64,000 nucleotides of DNA from contig CM074511.1 in the NCBI GenBank assembly GCA_037379345.1, positions 53,264,862 to 53,328,861 of the forward strand, read 5' to 3'. Each line of letters opens with the position of its first letter. Position 1 is the stretch's first letter. Position numbers and translations under genes: made by a program. Origin of the DNA: Perna viridis (lineage: Eukaryota). This document shows, piece after piece, positions 14,201 to 29,200 of the stretch. A model generated the notes under the pieces. It was not told the DNA's origin. It did no database searches and saw only the letters and a list, made by a program, of their open reading frames with translations.

Positions 14201-17200
14201 CAGATTTAATGAGAGACACCAATTCTCCTTTAGCCAATTCTTGATTTAAACTACATGCATTTTACCAATAACTATTGAAACCACTAATTCACTAATTGAT
14301 GAAGAACCTTAATGCATATCTCTTCTCAATGGTTAATAATAGCAGCTTATAAAATCTGATGAATTATTTATGTAGCTGTTTAGAAAACTGGTATTGTCTT
14401 ATTCTTAATGTATAATAGAAAATTATTTAAAATAAGGAAGAAAACACACCAGGAAAGGATATAAAAATATCAGTATTTCTCACAAAACATTTTTACATTA
14501 GAACTGACAAATTTATTTTCATATTACATAGGTGTGGGAGGCTAATGCCAGTGAGTTGGAACATGGAGTAGATATACTGAAATCTACCTATGCAAGTCTT
14601 CCACATAGATCTCACATAGCTGAATCAAAATACCATGCTGTGGTACAACGGTGGGATCAAATCAGATCTCTATCACGGGTCTACTTAGATCGGTTAGTAC
14701 ATTTATTAGTATTGTAAAGATTGTTAAGAGTTACAACTCAGATAGTGTCCATAGTTATATTTGTAATTCTTAAAACTGTGAACTAAAGTTAATGAAAAGA
14801 AATACACATAAATTCTTCTCATGTTAAGCATGAAAATACCAAATACACAGTAGTGATCATAATTTATGATACATTATAATATAGAATCTATAACGATAAC
14901 AAGTTGATAATAGAATTTCTCACATCGAGTGAAATATTTATAGTTTTGATCGTGAGGCTTGCCAGGCTATTCAAACTATAAAATTTATTTCACAAGATGT
15001 GAGAATTCATAATCAACAAGCTTTGAGTGTAGATTCTGTTTCTCTAATGCCTTAAAAATGTCAAAAATACCCAAAAATGAAAAGAGCGTGAAATGTTATG
15101 ATTCCGATTCGTAGGAAACATGTTGACATTACACAAACTCAAACATTCCAAACAAAAGAAACCAGATGATTTCAAAGGTTTTTTTCTCTTCAAATCTTTC
15201 CATGTCCCTTCATTATTCTTATTTAAGGTAAGAAAACACCAAAATTATCTCATTTAACTGAAATATGACTACAATGGCAATCGAGGCAATTCAAGATGGA
15301 GTCCAAGACAATTGATTTCTAAGCCAATTGAACTCTGAGAATAAAAAAGTCACTAGTGATGAGAACATTTTTTTTTTCACACCGGTCAAGCGGTATGAAA
15401 ATTGAAGCAAAATTACAGAAAATGGTATAAAAACTGCAACACTACAATTATACACAAAAGAATTTAAGTTTAACCATCAGTTTTATGAGAAAGAATTCTT
15501 TTAAAGAATGAATTTTCAATTTTACATGTTCTGTGTTTCGTAGAAATAGAAAGACACTGAAACTGACGTTACTCTGTTTATAAGAAAAAAATGAATTCAA
15601 AAGAAAAATGAAAAAAATCTTTAAAAAAAGGTTGCTAGTAGCTGAAAGGGAAATTTTGTTGAAAGAAAAAGAATCAGTTAAATTGCTTTGAACTTGATTA
15701 ATCAATAAATGTTGGAGAAATGATCCAGTAATTGTTTTGTTTCTAAGATTGAAAGGTACAGATTCCTTGCTTACTGGATTAGAACAAATGCGACAACTTG
15801 TTGCCGACTATGAGATAGCTCTGGTGTCACATGACAACATGTCAGCTGATCCAGATATGTTCAGACAAGTCCACGAAGAACTCCAAGTATGTTATGATCT
15901 TATACTTTTTCCATAGGATATGTGAAATCAAACATGAGTACTCAAGTATTTGAATTGAATGCTGCTGATTTTTTTTTAATGACAATAGCTGTTTATAATG
16001 AAAAATCGAGAAAAATAAAGATATGAACTTAAGCAGGTTTCCCTTCTTGTTAAAATTTATGTTGTCCTCGTCACTTGTCAACATGTTAATGTTCTTACAC
16101 ATATGAAGTATATTTTATGATGGTGGATAAGAAGATTTGAATGCAGATGTCTTAATTTACACAATTTAATTAATCAGGATTTAGATTCATCTATACAACA
16201 GCAGCAGCCCAAAGTAGATAGATTAACAAAAGATGTAGAAAATCTTCGAGTTCTTCTAAGACAAAGTCGACCAGGAACATCTCGTCACCAAGATCTGGAT
16301 TCAGTAGAGAAAGAAGTTGATAATCTCAGACAGCGATGGGAAAATGTGATTCTTCAGATAGTGGAAAGGTATTGACATTACTAGTTTCCCTGTTAATGTG
16401 GTTCATATATTGAATAGTCTATATTTGTGTAAAATTATAACCAAACAGTTAACCATTTTTATTTTGTTTTTTTTTTTTAACAAGTGTTGCTAATTGCAAC
16501 CATTTTTATAGAAGTCTTAGAAATCACTAGGAAATCCATTTTATTTTATGAGAATAATGAATTAGTGAATAGCCACGTTTAAAAGGTAAAAAGGAACTAC
16601 CTACAAATAAAATATAAATAAAACGTTAAAAAAATTGAAGAAGATGAGCGTATGGTTTTGGCCTTACGTCCTTAACCAGGTGCAATGTGTTGAGAAGAAA
16701 ACATCAGCTGCTGGTCCCTACCACAGAGACAAGGTGCCCTTCAAAATGTTTTGACAGAGGCCTTAAGGCAAAAAATTTGGGCTATTCATCTTTAATTTTT
16801 TTACTTTTATTTATATTTTATTTGTATGTCGTTCCTTTTTATCTTTTAAATGTGGCAATTGTTCACTTATTCATTATTCTTAATTACGTTTAATTTGAGC
16901 CACTTCACAACATATGTTATTTTCATTTTATTTTATAACTTAAGTGTAATATTTTATGATTAAATACATATTTTACCAAATGATTTTTTTATACTTTAGG
17001 AGAAGAGCCTTTGAATCCTCCTCCAATCTTTTATCGTTGTACACCAGTGGTGTTAAGGATGAACAACAGTGGATGAAGAGACTTCAAATGAAAATAAAAC
17101 AGTTACCTCCCCTGACCGATAATATTGAAGAAGTCAAACAGCAAATAGAACCTTCTATGGTAAGATAAATGAAATTATTATATTGTTGGTTTTTTGTTCA

Positions 17201-20200
17201 CTCTTTAGATGATGTGTTGAAAGCACAATGAAACTAGGTACTGTGAAAGTACTATTGTTTGTGGGGCACCAGTTTTTGTGGTTTTCATGGGTAGGCTAAA
17301 CCACGAAATTTGGTTTCCAACGAAAAGGAGATTTATATTGATGTGTATACTAAACACCTCAAAACCACAATTCAAGAATCCACGAACATGCGTTTCTTCC
17401 CTAATCCATGAAAATTGGTATCCACAAATTAAAGTACTTTCACTGTATTCTTTTTCAAAACCCCATCATATTCCTGCTACTGGTACATGTGATTGATGTA
17501 AAATGAAAATTAATTTGTTAAATGTTGAGTAATTAGTTAGTCAGATATTTCAGACTTGATAAGAGGTCCTGTCCATTTGTAGAAAGTAACCTTGTTTAAT
17601 ATTTTAATTGGAACAATTTTTTCCTTATTTGAAGTCAATGTAGATATTTGCTGTGGCATCTCTCTTTAGTAATTAAGTGCCTCTCTATGTACAGTTTTAC
17701 TTTGCATTTAAGGCTGTTTATAATGGACTTGGAGAACACCAACACCAATTAGAAGCTGTAAACAAATATGGCGGACAATTTATCAGAGAAGCTAAGGTAA
17801 AAAACATTACCAATTGTATATTTATATAAATATATATATGTAGATTGTCTTGTTGGGATGAAAGTGGTGATGAAACAGTGAGAGTGGCCTGTGTTTACTA
17901 ATTCTCTCTTAGCCAGATCTTTCTTCTTTCTTATTGTTTTAATGTAACAAAAGCCTTGACTTTCAGGGGTTTTGGCTTTCAGCACAGCTTTCTATTTTGG
18001 GTTTGCCTTCTTAAGCACTATTCCTGCACGGCTTGACTACTTTCCTTATTTTCCATCGCTTTACATCGATGGACAGCAACCCTTGGCTAAGTAGTTGCTT
18101 GCCTGGTCTCCATGTAAGTAGTTGTTGGTTTACCATGTTGTTGCTGTTGACTACCAAACTGAAGGAGGTGAGATTTTTCCTATATATAGCATGTAATATA
18201 TAGCTAATCTATAACCATGCAGCCATTCTTTCCACACATAATTTCATATATGAGTGTATTTGCTATATATTCATAATTTTTTCAACATATTTTGTTTTTC
18301 AAAATTTAACCTTTTATATTACTTAACTCATCGAGACTTCTTTTTTTTAAAAACGTTTTTGATGTATCAGTATTTTTTATTTTTATCTGTCTTTTGGTAT
18401 AATAGTCTTGAAAATTAATTTTTTAGCATTGAAGTAAAATATTATTTTCAGTACACATACAGTATACATAATATTCTGACAAATGTCAAGATTATTACAT
18501 GGTTGCAGTTGTATTGCTATAGTGTGGGCTATCATTGCAGTGCTTTGCTTAAACATTTTTAAAGGTCACTCTATCAACCAAGAATGAATAATATTTGAAA
18601 TCATTATTTATAAGGAAAGCAATTCCTGGATTTACTTCTCTACATTGATGTTGTGTAAATCTTGTCAATTCCTTACCAGTGGCAATGGTGAAAATGTAAA
18701 TAAGTCATATGACATATTTAAAATGTTACCATTCTATGGTGTTGTTAGAGAGAACTTTCTTGCTTGATTTTAGAGATAAACATCTGTTGATATCAGCAAT
18801 ATAATTTTGAATTGGGTAATAATCTCAAATTTCTGATGGTGATAGTGGCATACTACTTCACAAATGTGAAGAAGCTCAGCTGTGCATGGCAAATTATCAT
18901 AATCTTGGCTCCTTCAGTCACAGTTTTTGTAGAAATTAGATGTTTTTATCACATTCTTGGCCCTTTTTACAAAATCCAGGATTGGTATTTTAAGTGGTAA
19001 ATGGAAAAAAAATACATAAATTGTCCTCTAAGAATAAAATAACTGCAAGAATTTAGAAAAAGCTAGCTTATGTTATCTGTTACTTGTACATGTATATCAT
19101 TAACTGACTAAAGTAGTAGCTATGTATAATATAAATGTATGGATTTCTATATGGACTAGTATTATACAAACATAGCTATGATATCAGCATAAAATGCTTA
19201 AAATGTAGCTTTGTTCTAATCTTTGCTTGGCCTAACCATTGTTATGGCTTTAATCCTACTTGGCTTGGGTAACACAAATGGTTGGAAGTTGGTTGGTACA
19301 CTAGTAGTGGTAATTCAACAGATTTTGAGAGAAAGCACATGTATATGCTTGTGATGGCACGGTGTTAATACTGGCACATTTTTTATGCTGTGGTTTATGC
19401 TAGTATAGAATATTTCATATAGTGATATATTTTCTGACCTAGTAGTATAAAGATTATTTGATTTATTTTATTTGATTCGCATTGCACTTTTTGCAAAGTT
19501 GTGTATCAAAACTGAAATGTTCCCTTGGATTGCTTGTTACTATTGGCATCTTACTTTATTTCCTCGTATTTTAGATTTATGACAGGAAATTGAAACAGTA
19601 CAGGACAAGTTTAGAGGACATTGATGCAGCACTTATACAAAGTATGACTAAGAAACAGAAACGTGAGGAAGGTGCTGATAGAGTCAAGAATGAGCTAGAT
19701 GATGTTAACCAACATTACATGGATATGGTCAAATGGATTAGTAACAGACTCAAAGAGATCACAAGAATTCTGTCAGAATCTAATGTTAACTTAAAGGTTA
19801 GTCAAAGAAACATTTTTCTATTAAATTGATGGCTACTATTTACTAAACTATAAAAGTTAGAAAAGGCATTATACTATTTATAGAGTAAACTAAACTGTCT
19901 ACTGTATGTTAAGTTATCAGAAAACAGAAACCCCCTTTTGACATACCAAAAATACATCACAACAAATGAAAACCAATATTTTCAAGCTGAAGATGAAAAG
20001 AAAATAGATTGGAAAAAAATAAGTATCTTTATTCAACAAAACAGAAAGAATAATATATAGATTATGTTGTGCAGTTCTTTTATATTTATGAACTTCTATT
20101 TCAGTTGTTCGTTAGTTTGCAGAACTTTAATGATGCAGTTGAAGAAATGAATCTCATTTACCAATCAAACTCATATATCAGAAAAAATAAAATTATACAC

Positions 20201-23200
20201 ACAAATGACTAACATTTTGTTGACTACTGACAGGAAGGAACCTTATCATTTTTAGATATGCTTTTACTTTCCTGTTTGTGGTTTCTCTTAATAATGCAGA
20301 AATATTGCACATACTTTGAAGAAATACTTAATGATAGATTCATTTCAAAACAATATTTAATAATTTTGTTGATTTGCCTTTGTTTTCCAGTTTCAAATGG
20401 TAATAGATGAAGAAATTCCATTACTACGTACATTCCGCGCTGAGCTGGCCAAGAGATCATCAATGTTAGTGGATGAAGACATGGAAGGGTTCTTCCACCA
20501 ATTGTCTGAGTTCGAAGGTTACCCAGCTCCCCTTACTGTTTCCAATGGATATGGTGGCCAATCATTTGTCAGCAAAGTAACTGCTATGACAGTTGAACCT
20601 CCAGTGGAACGTCCTCTAGGTACCTCCACACCACGAGGCATAAGTGTTAAAACTCATAGCACAATGGACAGTATGGATGTCACTGAGGCTCCAAGGGTAC
20701 AGAAAAGAATGATATCACCCCCACTATTGGCACCAAACAGACTATCTAAGAAGGTAGCTAGTATCACAAGTGTTCAGGCATTACACCAAGCCTCACCTCC
20801 AGAAGACCATGTGACACAGAGTTCTCAGATACTAGTGACAGTGAAACAGGAGGCCATAGCTCCTACTAAAATGACATTATATGTATCAGCTATTCTTAAC
20901 CCTCACACAGGAAGACAAGTTAGTTTAGTGGATGCTATCAAAACTGGACTGTTTGATTCTAGAACTGGATTTTACATTGATCCATTGACTGGTAGAAGAC
21001 TATCCTTACCAGAAGCTTACAATAAAGGATATATTACTGATAGTTTACTAAAACAGTTAAATTCACCATGTGGTCTGAATGATCCCGTCACGAACAGACC
21101 TATCACATTACTTGATGCCATGAAAAAGGGAATATTTGATCCAGTTAAAATGACTTTTAAAGATCCCAGTACAGGACAGAACATTCCATTACACCAGGCT
21201 GTATCAAAAGACCTTATACCACAAGAGACGGCAAGAAACCTTAGTGGAGATGGGGTTACTGTTACAACTATTACACAATCACAGGCTGTGTTTGGTAATG
21301 CTGAACTGTCAGTGCTTGAGTCAGCATTAGGTCTTTCTGATGTTATTGAAAAAGGCTTGTTTGATTCTTCATCAGGCAAAGTAACAGATCCATTGTCTGG
21401 AAAAAGTATGACTATTTTAGAAGCTGTAGAGAAAGGTCATATTAATCCATCTAAAAAAGAAATAAAAGATCCCTCATCAGGAGAATATATTTCTCTTGTA
21501 GAGGCTGTGAGTAAAGGCTTGATTGATCCAGAATCAGGACATTACATAGACAAAGGTCAAAAGGTGCCTCTTGAACAAGCCTATCAGAGACAGTTTCTGA
21601 GTGCACCACTTTACCTACCAAAGGCTATAGTTGAAGGTTCAATAACAGAGAAAGGTCATTTGATTGACCCAAACACTGGACAAGTAATATCATTTTCTGA
21701 TGCATTAGATAATGGTATTTTGGATGACAGTACTAAATGTGTAATGATACCATCTTCTGGTGAAGTTCTTTCGGTCAGGGAGGCTATAGAAAATGGTATT
21801 TTAGATTCTAGAGGTCTATTTGTTTCACCTGGATCAGAGCCAGCTCAACCAATAGCATCTGCAGTACAAAAAGGATATCTTAAATTGGTCAGTGAGGAAG
21901 TTGTTCTTGCTAGACCGTGTGTAAAAGACTCTGTTACTAATAAAGTGTTAACTGTCCCAGAAGCAGTGAGAAAAGGAATAATCACAAACAATGGAGATTT
22001 TGTTGATACAAGAACTGGACGAAGAGTTTTACTGAGAGCAGCAGCCAGTCAGGGCTTGGTGGATAAAGATGTAGTAGAAAAGTTGACCAGAGATACATCA
22101 ATGAAGGATGGCAGCGGCAAAAATGTGTCCCTTCTTAAAGCGATACAGATTGGAATGCTTGATCCAGAGCGAGGGGAAATTACTGATTACAAAACAGGAA
22201 GGACAATGACATTGAACCAAGCTGCAAAAGAAGGCATTATATCTACAGATGATGCACAGACAGTACTTGAAGTTCTGAGTCCTGCAATTACCTACACCTC
22301 AGTACAAACCAAGCTACAACCGGGCCATGAAGAGGCCAACTTTCGTCCAATATCTGTATCAGAAGCCCTCTCTCAGGGTTTGTTGGTGGAGAGAACTGGC
22401 ACATTTCGTGATCCTCACACAGGGTCTACGATGCCTGTCGAGGAAGCAGTACAGAAGGGACTATTACGATTGTCAACTGAATGGCCGCCAACATATCTTC
22501 AAGTTGAGAAAGATGATAGTACTGATGAATTTGACTCTTTTGATTCACTACCAGAACCAGGAGCTTCCAAGGTTCAGTCAAAGATTGTCAGGAAAGGAAA
22601 TGAGGGCTTCTCCTTCACATCCACAACAATTTCAAGACCAGCAATAGCGGAATCTGTTGTAAGCCAGACTCGTCATATTGAGGTCAAGAGCATTACAGAT
22701 CCACGCACGAAGGAGAGGATATCTCCACAAGAAGCTGTTAAAAGAGGAATACTAGATTTATCTCAAGGTTGCTTTATACACCCACTGACTGGCCAAAAAT
22801 TCACTATAAATGAAGCCATTGCTAAAGGTCTTGCATCTGGAAAAGAAACAGACAAGCCTGTTGGTTCATTGCCTGAAACAGCAGTCAAAGAAATAAGGTC
22901 ATTTGCCATCACAAGTGTTGTACATCCAAGAACCAAAGAGAAGATCTCTGTAAGTGAAGCAGTTCAGCAAGGAATTCTTGACAGAGATAGAGGTCTTTAT
23001 GTAACCTTCGACCAACATGGGAGAAGACTGTCTATTCCTATCAGTGAAGCAGTTGATAAAGGACTAGTCCTTGCTGAGGATGTAAGCACAATGCCAGTTG
23101 CCACTGGCCAAGTTGTCAAAGAAACAAAAACATTCCAACTAAAGAGTGTCAAACACCCTCTCACTGGTAGATTTGTACCTGTGATAGAAGCTGTCAAAGA

Positions 23201-26200
23201 TGGCATATTGGATGAACATAATGGACTGTACATTAACACAAGAACAGGAGAAAAAATTCCAGTCCCTGAAGCTATTGAGCAAAAACTAATTGAAGCAGAA
23301 CTAACATCTGTATCATCCAATGCTGAGGGTGATGGTAGCAAGATTATCACAACAAAGATGACAACATTGATGGTGTCATGGGTGGTCCATCCCAGGACTG
23401 GAGAAACTATATCTGTTTCTAAAGCTGTTGATGAAGGAATTATAGATAATGTTAATGCTCAGTATGTTAACATTGTTACTGGTGAACGGATGTCTATTAA
23501 TGATGCTATTGAAAGAAAACTGGCAATAGCTACTTCCAATGTGGACACTGCTCCAGACAGACATGAAATATCGAGCATTCACATCACTGATGAGCAAGAG
23601 TCTTTTGAAGCTACCCTTGTTGAGAACATAACCTCAGAAACTGTGACATTCAGTATCAGTGGTGTGATTGACCCACGTACAATGAACATGATATCCTATG
23701 ATGATGCTGTATTAAATGGAATTCTTGATGTTGCTAATGGATTGTATGTTAACCCTGGAACTGGAGAAACCTTACCAATCAATACTGCTCTTAACAAAGG
23801 TCTTATCCATGCTGATGTGACAGGAAAAAGCAAAGAAGAAGAACTTTTACATAGCTCTTTCAGTGCAGAAAACTTGCCATTCCCATTGAAACATGTCACA
23901 TCAATTATCAATCCCAAAACTGGAGATGAAATATCAGCAGTAAAAGCTATTAAGCTTGGTATAATTGATACTGAAAGAGGAACTTTCCTCGATACAAGGA
24001 CCAACACCAGAATTCCCCTGGAAGATGCTTTAAAACTTGGCTATATTAATTTGTCCAAGTCAACAGATGCAGCTGATATCGAAAGAATTCAGAGTATGTC
24101 CCAGGAAGAACGTGTCCCACCCACATCGACTGGGAATGGAATTGCTCCATCAGTTGTTGATATTAAGCTGGAAAGATCTGGAGCTAGGGATACTGACAAG
24201 AGAAAACCAAATAAGAGCTTTGATGAGGTCTTTAACTACACCACTGAAGTAGAGCAAAGTTTTGACAGTATGGATGGAGATGGTGGCAAGTCATCACTAC
24301 TTGTATTTGATACAACTGAGAGTAGTAGAATTGTTGGAGATGTAAAGACCTTTAAGTCTGATACTGTTTCTACACCTACTGGATTCTCCTACACTGAAGC
24401 ATTACATGTTGGTCTTGTTGACCCAACATCTGGAAAAGTCAGAGATCCTAAGACTGGCAGTCTTTTGTCATTACAGGAGGCTGTGGACAAGGGAATCATC
24501 AACCAAGATAAGCAAGCGATGACAAGTTTAACCTTGAAAAGACCTGTAACCTTGAGAGAATGTTTCAGTAGAGGGCTGTTAGACAAAAATACAGGAAAGG
24601 TCAATTATCCTAAATGTCAACAACAAAATGTCATACTTGGAGCACAGTTTAGATCACAATTTTCTAAGCCTGGACCATTAAATCTTCTTGATGCTGAAAA
24701 GGCTCAACTTGTTGATGAAGAAGGACAATTCTTAGAACCAATTCTGGGAGAGAAGATGACTCTTCAAGAGGCTGTAGATAGAAACATCATTGATGGTAAT
24801 AGAGTGGTTGTTATTGATGAAGCTGCAGGCTCAAGACTGCCTTTAAAATCAGCCTTACGACAGGGAATTATTGATGGCAATACTTGTGAGGTAACTAATA
24901 CATCTACTGGAGAAGTTTTGACTCTGTCTGAAGCAGTGAAAGAACGTCTTATTGTAGAATCAGTAGATCAGAGCAGAGGAACTGTACTGGACACAACAAC
25001 AGGTGAACAAGTATCCCTAGAAAATGCTATTCTTGAGGGACAGCTGCAATCAGATGAAGTTACCATACTTGACTCAAGGACAGGTGAAATGATTTCTTTA
25101 GACTCTGCAATGAAGAAAGGATTGTTCGATAGAAAAACTGGTAAAGTGAAGGATTCCAAGAGTGGTGACAAGATGACAGCTGGAGATGCATTGAAACTGG
25201 GATTGTTAGCTGTTGTAGGAGCCCCGGTCCTGGCAGGAAAGGCAGTGTATGATGCTGTCAAATCAACAACAACAAAGAGTCCAATCTCACCCAGTGGTAA
25301 ATCAGGAACCCAAGTCACCAGGGAAATGTCAGAAACAGTAAGAAGCACAGTACAAAAGTCAGAAAGCAACACCATCAGAAGTCCAACAAAGAAAGTGGAC
25401 ATGGAAACTGTTGTAAGTCCAACAACCAGGAAGGAAGATCTAACAACTACCAGAAGTCCATTTTCAAAAACTGACATTGAACAAAGTTCAAAGATAGGAA
25501 AATTTACTTTAAATGGGGATGGTGAACCCCAAACTACAATAATTTATGCAAAACCTTCTGACCGCATCAAACCGTCAATGAAACTTCCTGCATTAGAAAT
25601 AAATGAACCAGATATGAATGGAACTGATAGTTTTGTGGTAAGTCCTAAAAAGGGTACATATAATCAGGGTAGCATTTCTGAATCGCTAGAATTTTCTTCT
25701 TCTCAGTTTGATAAAACTTCTTTTTCTACCTCGGTCAAGGTTGAGGGAACTTCCTCTCCCTCCTACCCTAGCATGTCTTTTAACTCCTCTGTGGTGAATG
25801 GTGATTCCCAACCTTATGGCAGTGGAATTTCTGATACCATAACAACTGAGACTACTTTTGAGACAAAATCATTCTCAACCTCTCAATTTTTATCAAAGGA
25901 TGACCTTATGATTGACTGGGATGCTGGCAAGGTCATTGTAAGGTCAACGGGAGAGGTCATGAGTGTACCACAAGCAGTACAGAAAGGCCTTTTAGATTCT
26001 GATACTGTTGAACATTTAGCTGACTCTGCTGATTTACGATCTAAAACACCAGCAATAGATGTAAACTGGGATGAAGGCACTATAACTGTTCGGGAATCAA
26101 AAGAAGTGATTACAATAGATGAAGCTGTTAGGCGCAAATACATTGATTCCCCTACAGCTCAAACTCTATCTATGGTGGTAGGAAAAATACATGATGTTGA

Positions 26201-29200
26201 CTCAAATAAACCAGCTGTAACTCAAGTTAGGTTTTCTGATGAACCATCTACTAAAACTGTTGTGCAGAAAGAAATCAAAACAGAAGAAACAAAATCAGAT
26301 AGTCTTCCAAGGAAAACAGGGAAAAAGACAACACGGTTTTCTCCTGATTCAGAAGGAATATCTCTTAATGATATTGTGCAAGATGATAAAAATATTACTT
26401 TGAAAGGAAAAATTACAATACCAGGGAAGCACAAACCAGTTACTGTTCGAAGAGCAATCGATGAAAACTTGATCAATATTGACAATTCTAGCATAATTGA
26501 TCCCAAGTCAGGAGACCTCATTTCACTCACAGAGGCCATTCAAAAAGGTATTTTTGATCCGGAAACAGGAAAACTTATACATTTAGGAACTGGTGAGAAG
26601 ATCACTTTAAGAGAAGCATTCTATCAAGGTCTTATACCTCAACCAGGATTTACCCTAACAACTTACAGAGAAGTAGAAAGTGAGATTGTTGGTCATCATG
26701 TTTCCATCAGTGATGCTATTGATAGTGGTATGGTTGATGGTGGCAGTGGAACTTTCAGTGATCCAAAGACTGGAGAGATTATGTCATTAGGTGCTGCTAT
26801 CCATGATGGTTACATTAGTCCCCCTAGTTCACCTGAAGCCAAGAGGCAAGTAGATCGTGCTGAATATAAATTCACAGAGAGCTCACCTGTAAAACTGCGG
26901 CCAAAGTCAAAGCAGGTAGCTTCAAACGAAAACAGATTGTCATTTACACAGGCACTGAAACGTGGCTTGATTGATGTTGAAAGCAGCAAATTCACAGACC
27001 CTTCTACTGGATCAAGGATTGCAGTACTTGATGCCATTAGAAAACAATTAATTGACCCTGAGGATGAGGCAGAAGAAACTAAACAGGGAATGACACTTTC
27101 TACTGCTATATCTGAAGGAGCATTCGATGACTCCACAGGCATATTTACTGACAAAAATACAGGAAGAAAATACAGCCTGCAAGAAGCCATTCAAAAAGGT
27201 TTTATAAATGGGGAAAGTAGTATATACGATGTAAAATCTGGAAAGATGATGTCTTTAAATGAGGCTGTAGATACAGGCAGAATTGATCCAAAAACTGGAA
27301 AATTTATAAGCAAGGATTCATGCATTAGAATTTCTTTGAAAGATGCAGCTAAAATGGGATTGGTTGCTTTTGTTGGAGCTCCAATTTATGGAGCTATGAA
27401 ATTAAAAGATTTGCTGACGAAAGACAAACCATCAAGCAGGAAACCTCTTTCTGTAATGCTTGACAAGACTGCCCCTATTGATGTTCAATCAACTGTTGTT
27501 ACTCGTACAGGTCCTGAGAATATGGAAATTACAGAATACAAACACAAACAAAACAGAGAGACAACTGGAAGTGTAGACATTGTTGAGTCAACTGAAAAGG
27601 TGACATCAAAAGTACATGTGAAAAGTGTCCGTGATTCAGCTGGTATGAAGGACATTAATTTGGATCAAGCTATTAGGTCAGAAATTATTGACACCCATCA
27701 TGGAACATTTAAGAATTCCCTGACTGGACAAGAAATGACTATTCAAGAAGCACTGGATTATGGTTATATTGATGGTAAGGTCATGGATAGTGTCACCATG
27801 AAGGAACAAACATCCAAATCAGGAGTTCGTGCAGATGTTATGTTTTCTGAGAAGAAGAGAATGTCGATTGTTTCTGTCGTAGATCCAAATACTGGAAGGG
27901 AACTTAAACTACATGATGCTGTCCGGAAAGGAGTTGTTGACCATGATGGCAAAACTTACTTTGATGACAAGCATGAAAGAATCATTCCTATAATGGAAGC
28001 TGTGAGTCAAAAACTTGTAAAAGTCAAAGACATTGATTCAGAAATGAAGAGCACTGAGTTGTATGGACAGTCAAAAGAGGATACAATTACACAAGTCAAA
28101 ACGTTAAAGATTGACACTGTTGTTGATCCAGCAACTGGCAATACTATTCCTTTACAGGAAGCTGTAAGGAGAAATATTCTTGATTTACATGCTGGACTGA
28201 TTGTAAATACTAGAACAGGTGAAGAAATTCCAATCAGTGAAGCCTTGAAAATGGGTCTTGTAAGGGGAAATCAGACAACAAAAACTGAAACTTTTGAGTC
28301 TACAAGTCCAGAAACTCTTCACCTCAAATCTGTCTATGATGAAAAACAGAAGCAGTTTATTCCAGTCAAACTTGCCATAGAGAAAGGAATAATAGATCCA
28401 AAGACTGGGCGATATAAAGAAAGGGATGGCAGTTCTATTCCTATTACTGAAGCTGTGCATGAAGGCAAAATAAAGGCTGATCAGAAAATGGTCCATTCAC
28501 CATTATCAGCTGAAGTGATTACTGAAAAAAGATCACTTAATATTCAAGCTGTTCAAGACCCGAGATCAGGGCAGAATGTTCCAATACCAGAAGCTATTCA
28601 AAGTGGAATGCTGGATTTGAAATCAGGAACTTTGGCCAACTTTCAAACTGGTGAGAAGATCAGTATATCTCAGGCCATGAAACGTGGCTATGTGAGAGCA
28701 GAGTCTGTTACTGAAGACATGGAAGGTCTTGATGGAAGTAGAGTCATCAGCAATATCAAATCAGTAAAAGACCCTAGAACTGGTGAATGGTTGACAGTGG
28801 ACGAAGCAGTCTACAGAGGTGTTGTAGATGGCAAAATATGTAAATATCTGGACAAACATACTGGGGAAACTTTAGAGATTGAAGATGCAGCTGAAAGAGG
28901 TCTTGTCAAACTTGAAAAAACATTCCCTGTGATAACAACAGTTAGAAGAGACTCTATGACTGTCAAAGCTGTTATTGACCCTAAAACAGGTACAAAAATA
29001 CCACTTCAGGAAGCTATTAGGAAAAAGATATTTATCCCAGAGGAAGGAGTAGTAGTCAACTTGAGAACAGGAGAAAGATTTCCCCTTATAGTGGCAGCAC
29101 AGAAAGGTTTAGTGGATGTAGAGGCTGGCCAAGTGGAATCTCCTGTAACTGTTGGAGATAAGATTATAACAGAGGTTAAGGATCCATTCACAGGAAGAAC

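Noticed and set aside
28420-28450. SSIP as an EB1-binding SxIP motif
   Set aside because: It lies inside a folded plectin repeat rather than a basic disordered region.
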